A stretch of 32,000 nt of DNA, from contig NZ_AP024987.1 of the NCBI RefSeq assembly GCF_020885515.1, positions 1-32,000 on the forward strand, given 5' to 3'. The notes under the pieces were generated by a model, which was given only the letters and a program-made list of their open reading frames with translations, did no database searches and had not been told where the DNA came from. This document shows positions 28,541 through 32,000 of this stretch, piece after piece; positions within the stretch are counted from its first letter, which is position 1; the number at the start of each line of letters is the position of its first letter. The stretch comes from a cyanobacterium endosymbiont of Braarudosphaera bigelowii. GTDB lineage: Bacteria; Cyanobacteriota; Cyanobacteriia; Cyanobacteriales; Microcystaceae. The position numbers and the translations under genes are program-made.

Positions 28541-28656
28541 ATATTATATCTTTAATAAATTATATATTTTAACCAATATATAATTGCATTTTATTCACAT
28601 GTATGTTGTGAGTAAACTCTAGAAAAAATATATAAGCGACTATAAAGTATATATAA

Positions 28657-28700
28657 GCCATTAAGAAAATCTACTATTTACCATACTTAATGGCATTTTT
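28657..28700 (+). terminator. Terminator-like hairpin in the porin upstream region
   Basis: GCCATTAAG-N20-CTTAATGGC followed by ATTTTTAC. Confidence 0.45.
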
Positions 28701-28909
28701 ACTATACAATAAGCACCAAATTTAAGATAAGTATGCAGCTAATATTAGCCTTGATAAATTATAAAAGCAACTTTGTTTAAACATTGGCTCTAATTATTAA
28801 GAACGTTGTAAGATTTTTTGAAGAAGTCTATCATACACAAGTGGGTACTTTTAAGTTTAAGTATTCACTGAGTTAAATTACTCATTTTCTAGGTGTGAGG
28901 ATTGTATAT

Positions 28910-30706
28910 ATGTTAAATTTATTGACTAAATCTTTTAAGACTATTCCAGTAACTTTAGGAATTTTTCTTTTGGTTACATCAGGGGTAACAGCTACAACTA
29001 ACGAATTTAAAACTCAAAAAACAAAAATAAATACTGTTTCTTCTGAAGAAGCATTAGGCGTATTGAAAAATCGTCCACAACTTAAGATACCTGTCAGCCA
29101 GGATAACATAAAACAATTTAGAGATACGACTTTTAACAATCATATGTCTCAGGTAACTAGTATATCTGAGCTACAAGACGTTTCGCCTACGGATTGGGCA
29201 TATGAAGCGCTTAGAAGCCTTGTTGAACGCTATGGTTGTATAGTAGGCTATCCTGATCGCACTTTTAGAGGTAACCATTCTACCTCTCGAAATGAATTTG
29301 CAGCCGGTTTAAATTCTTGTCTAAATACTATCGAAAGATTATTGCAAGAAAATGTAGCTGTTTTAAGAGAGGATATTGAGAAATTAAAACGTTTATCTCA
29401 AGAATTTGAACAAGAATTAATTGCTTTAGGAGCAAGAATTAGTAACCTTGAAGCAAGAGCTGCTTTTCTTGAAGACCACCAATTCTCAACTACTACAAAA
29501 TTAAAAGGCGAAGTTTTATTTACCCTTTCTTCAGCTGCAGGAGAAAGAGCACTAGATTTTCGCGAACAAGATTTATTAAACCAAGGTGCACTACCTGCCG
29601 AACGCCGCCGTATTGATGATAATGCTACTTTTGGATATAGAACAAGGTTATTCTTAAGTACTTCTTTTTCGGGGAAGGATCTATTAAGAACTCGTATTCA
29701 GGCTGGTAGTCTTCCAAACCTTAAAGAGTTTACAGGAACTGAAATGACTCGTTTAAGTCATGACGCTCAACAAAACGGTAATGCGGTTGTTAATAAGTTG
29801 TACTATCGTTTTCCTGCTGGCAATTTTACGACTTGGGTTGGTGCAGAAAATTTAGAAATAAATGATATTTTTGATGAAGGTAATCCTTTTTTAAAAAGTT
29901 CTGGTACAGGTGCATTGTCAAGATTTATCCGTCGTGATCCTTTAACAATGAGAGGACCAGAAGGAATTGGTGGCGGTTTTGCATACAAAATTAATGATAT
30001 GTTCACACTTAGAGGTCTTTATTTGTCCAAAGATGGTAATAAACCTTCTCTTGGCAACGGTTTGTTTAATGGTAATTTTACTGCTGGGAGCCAATTAGCC
30101 TTTAAGCCAATAGATTCAGTTTCATTCAATTTTCATTTCCTTCATTCTTATTTTAAGTCTAATGATGTTAACATCAGTTCCTCTACAGGAAGTTATGTTG
30201 AAAATCATTTTCGCTCTAAGTCTGTTAAAAATAAAATAGGACGAGGTATTGGTAGAGATCCCTTTTTAGGTGCTCCAACTATTAGAGATAGTTATGGAGC
30301 AAATGGTAATTGGCGCATTAATAACACATTTAACCTAACAGCCTGGGTTGGATATTCTCTGGCAAGAGCTCAAGGGCACGACTCATCACGAGTTAGTCGT
30401 CGTGGATTTGGAGCAGATTACTGGTCATGGATGACTGCTCTTTCTGCAGTAGATTTCTTTAAAGATGGAGCTGTATTATCAGTAGCAGGTGGTGCTTTAC
30501 CTAACTCTCGGCGGATTGATGCTATTCCAGGAGACTTGACTATTCCAGATCAAGATACTCCTTACATAATTGAAGCTCAGTATAAATATCCAGTCAATGA
30601 CAATATCCTTTTAACCCCTGGATTTTACGTAATATTACAACCAGATGGCAACAACTTAAACAATAGCATTTGGGTTGGAGCTTTACGAACTAGCTTTCAA
30701 TTTTGA
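28910..30706 (+). CDS. SLH-domain outer-membrane porin (cyanobacterial iron-uptake porin/Som, OprB-like family)
   Basis: Track ORF 28895-30706; likely ATG start at 28910 after GAGG. SLH domain (ISELQDVSPTDWAYEALRSLVERYGCIVGYPDRTFRGNHSTSRNEFAAGLNSCL), coiled coil, then beta-barrel (TTKLKGEVLFTL...). Confidence 0.92.
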   Translation: MLNLLTKSFKTIPVTLGIFLLVTSGVTATTNEFKTQKTKINTVSSEEALGVLKNRPQLKIPVSQDNIKQFRDTTFNNHMSQVTSISELQDVSPTDWAYEALRSLVERYGCIVGYPDRTFRGNHSTSRNEFAAGLNSCLNTIERLLQENVAVLREDIEKLKRLSQEFEQELIALGARISNLEARAAFLEDHQFSTTTKLKGEVLFTLSSAAGERALDFREQDLLNQGALPAERRRIDDNATFGYRTRLFLSTSFSGKDLLRTRIQAGSLPNLKEFTGTEMTRLSHDAQQNGNAVVNKLYYRFPAGNFTTWVGAENLEINDIFDEGNPFLKSSGTGALSRFIRRDPLTMRGPEGIGGGFAYKINDMFTLRGLYLSKDGNKPSLGNGLFNGNFTAGSQLAFKPIDSVSFNFHFLHSYFKSNDVNISSSTGSYVENHFRSKSVKNKIGRGIGRDPFLGAPTIRDSYGANGNWRINNTFNLTAWVGYSLARAQGHDSSRVSRRGFGADYWSWMTALSAVDFFKDGAVLSVAGGALPNSRRIDAIPGDLTIPDQDTPYIIEAQYKYPVNDNILLTPGFYVILQPDGNNLNNSIWVGALRTSFQF

Positions 30707-30835
30707 TTAGAAAAATTATAGGGGAAAATAATACTTGTCTCTGATTCTATCGAGTATATTTTAAGTATTCTGGACTAAATTTGTTAGTTGGCTTATTGTT
30801 ACTTTAAAAACTACTTTATCTCATAAAGTATAGAT

Positions 30836-30884
30836 AAAATAATGGAACGTAATTTAGTAAATTAGCAGTTCCATTATTTTTTTT
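30836..30884 (+). terminator. Terminator of the porin gene
   Basis: AAAATAATGGAAC-N19-GTTCCATTATTTT, 13-bp perfect stem, followed by TTTT. Confidence 0.85.
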
Positions 30885-31138
30885 ATCGAAATTACTGAAA
30901 AAAATTTTCAAACGAAGACGTTAGTCGTTAAATTTTTCTTATAGTTTTCTAAAATAATTAGTTAAATTTTCTATATATTTGTTTTAAGTATAAAATTTGC
31001 TAGTCAATTTTCCATGAGAAACGTTAACATAAATTAACAAGCATTCTTATTAAGGATTTCCTACGTCATAGACGTTATTATCTGCTTAAGTTTTTATTCC
31101 TGATATATTTTACTTAATTCTATCTTCACCCTATTTGA

Positions 31139-32000
<862 letters not shown>

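Noticed and set aside
29803-30006. 67-aa minus-strand ORF
   Set aside because: Antisense to the porin gene.

Overview
This window is a low-GC, core-type stretch of a cyanobacterial chromosome. Gene content, low GC, fairly long non-coding gaps and gene decay suggest a genome-reduced unicellular diazotroph (UCYN-A-like, or a diatom spheroid-body-like relative of Crocosphaera/Cyanothece); this placement is inference only. Supported genes in order: obgE, a 1985-aa tamB-like gene, a DUF2808 protein, a minus-strand cluster (DUF3593, Ycf49/DUF2499-like, gshB, grxC), a tandem PTPS-family protein, a CAAD-domain membrane protein, petB-petD, a small membrane ORF, a fused cobA/hemD, queD, tRNA-Asp(GUC), tRNA-Ala(CGC), a CNNM/HlyC-type transporter, a tRNA with CAU anticodon (probably Ile2), rpiA, an RRM protein, hemC, ybaB, a lytic transglycosylase, an SLH/OprB-type porin and the 5' part of ftsH. 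I found no mobile element, CRISPR array or defence island, and no convincing new multi-gene system. The best leads are: (1) an unannotated decayed ABC-transporter ATPase at about 14088-14375, with degenerate Walker A and frameshifts; (2) loss of the GPGD SAM-binding hallmark in the CobA half of the CobA/HemD fusion while the HemD half looks intact; (3) an orphan rho-independent terminator between divergent queD and tRNA-Asp, suggesting an unannotated small RNA; (4) other long perfect inverted repeats and leader structures in intergenic regions. All similarity statements come from recalled family motifs; no database search was run.
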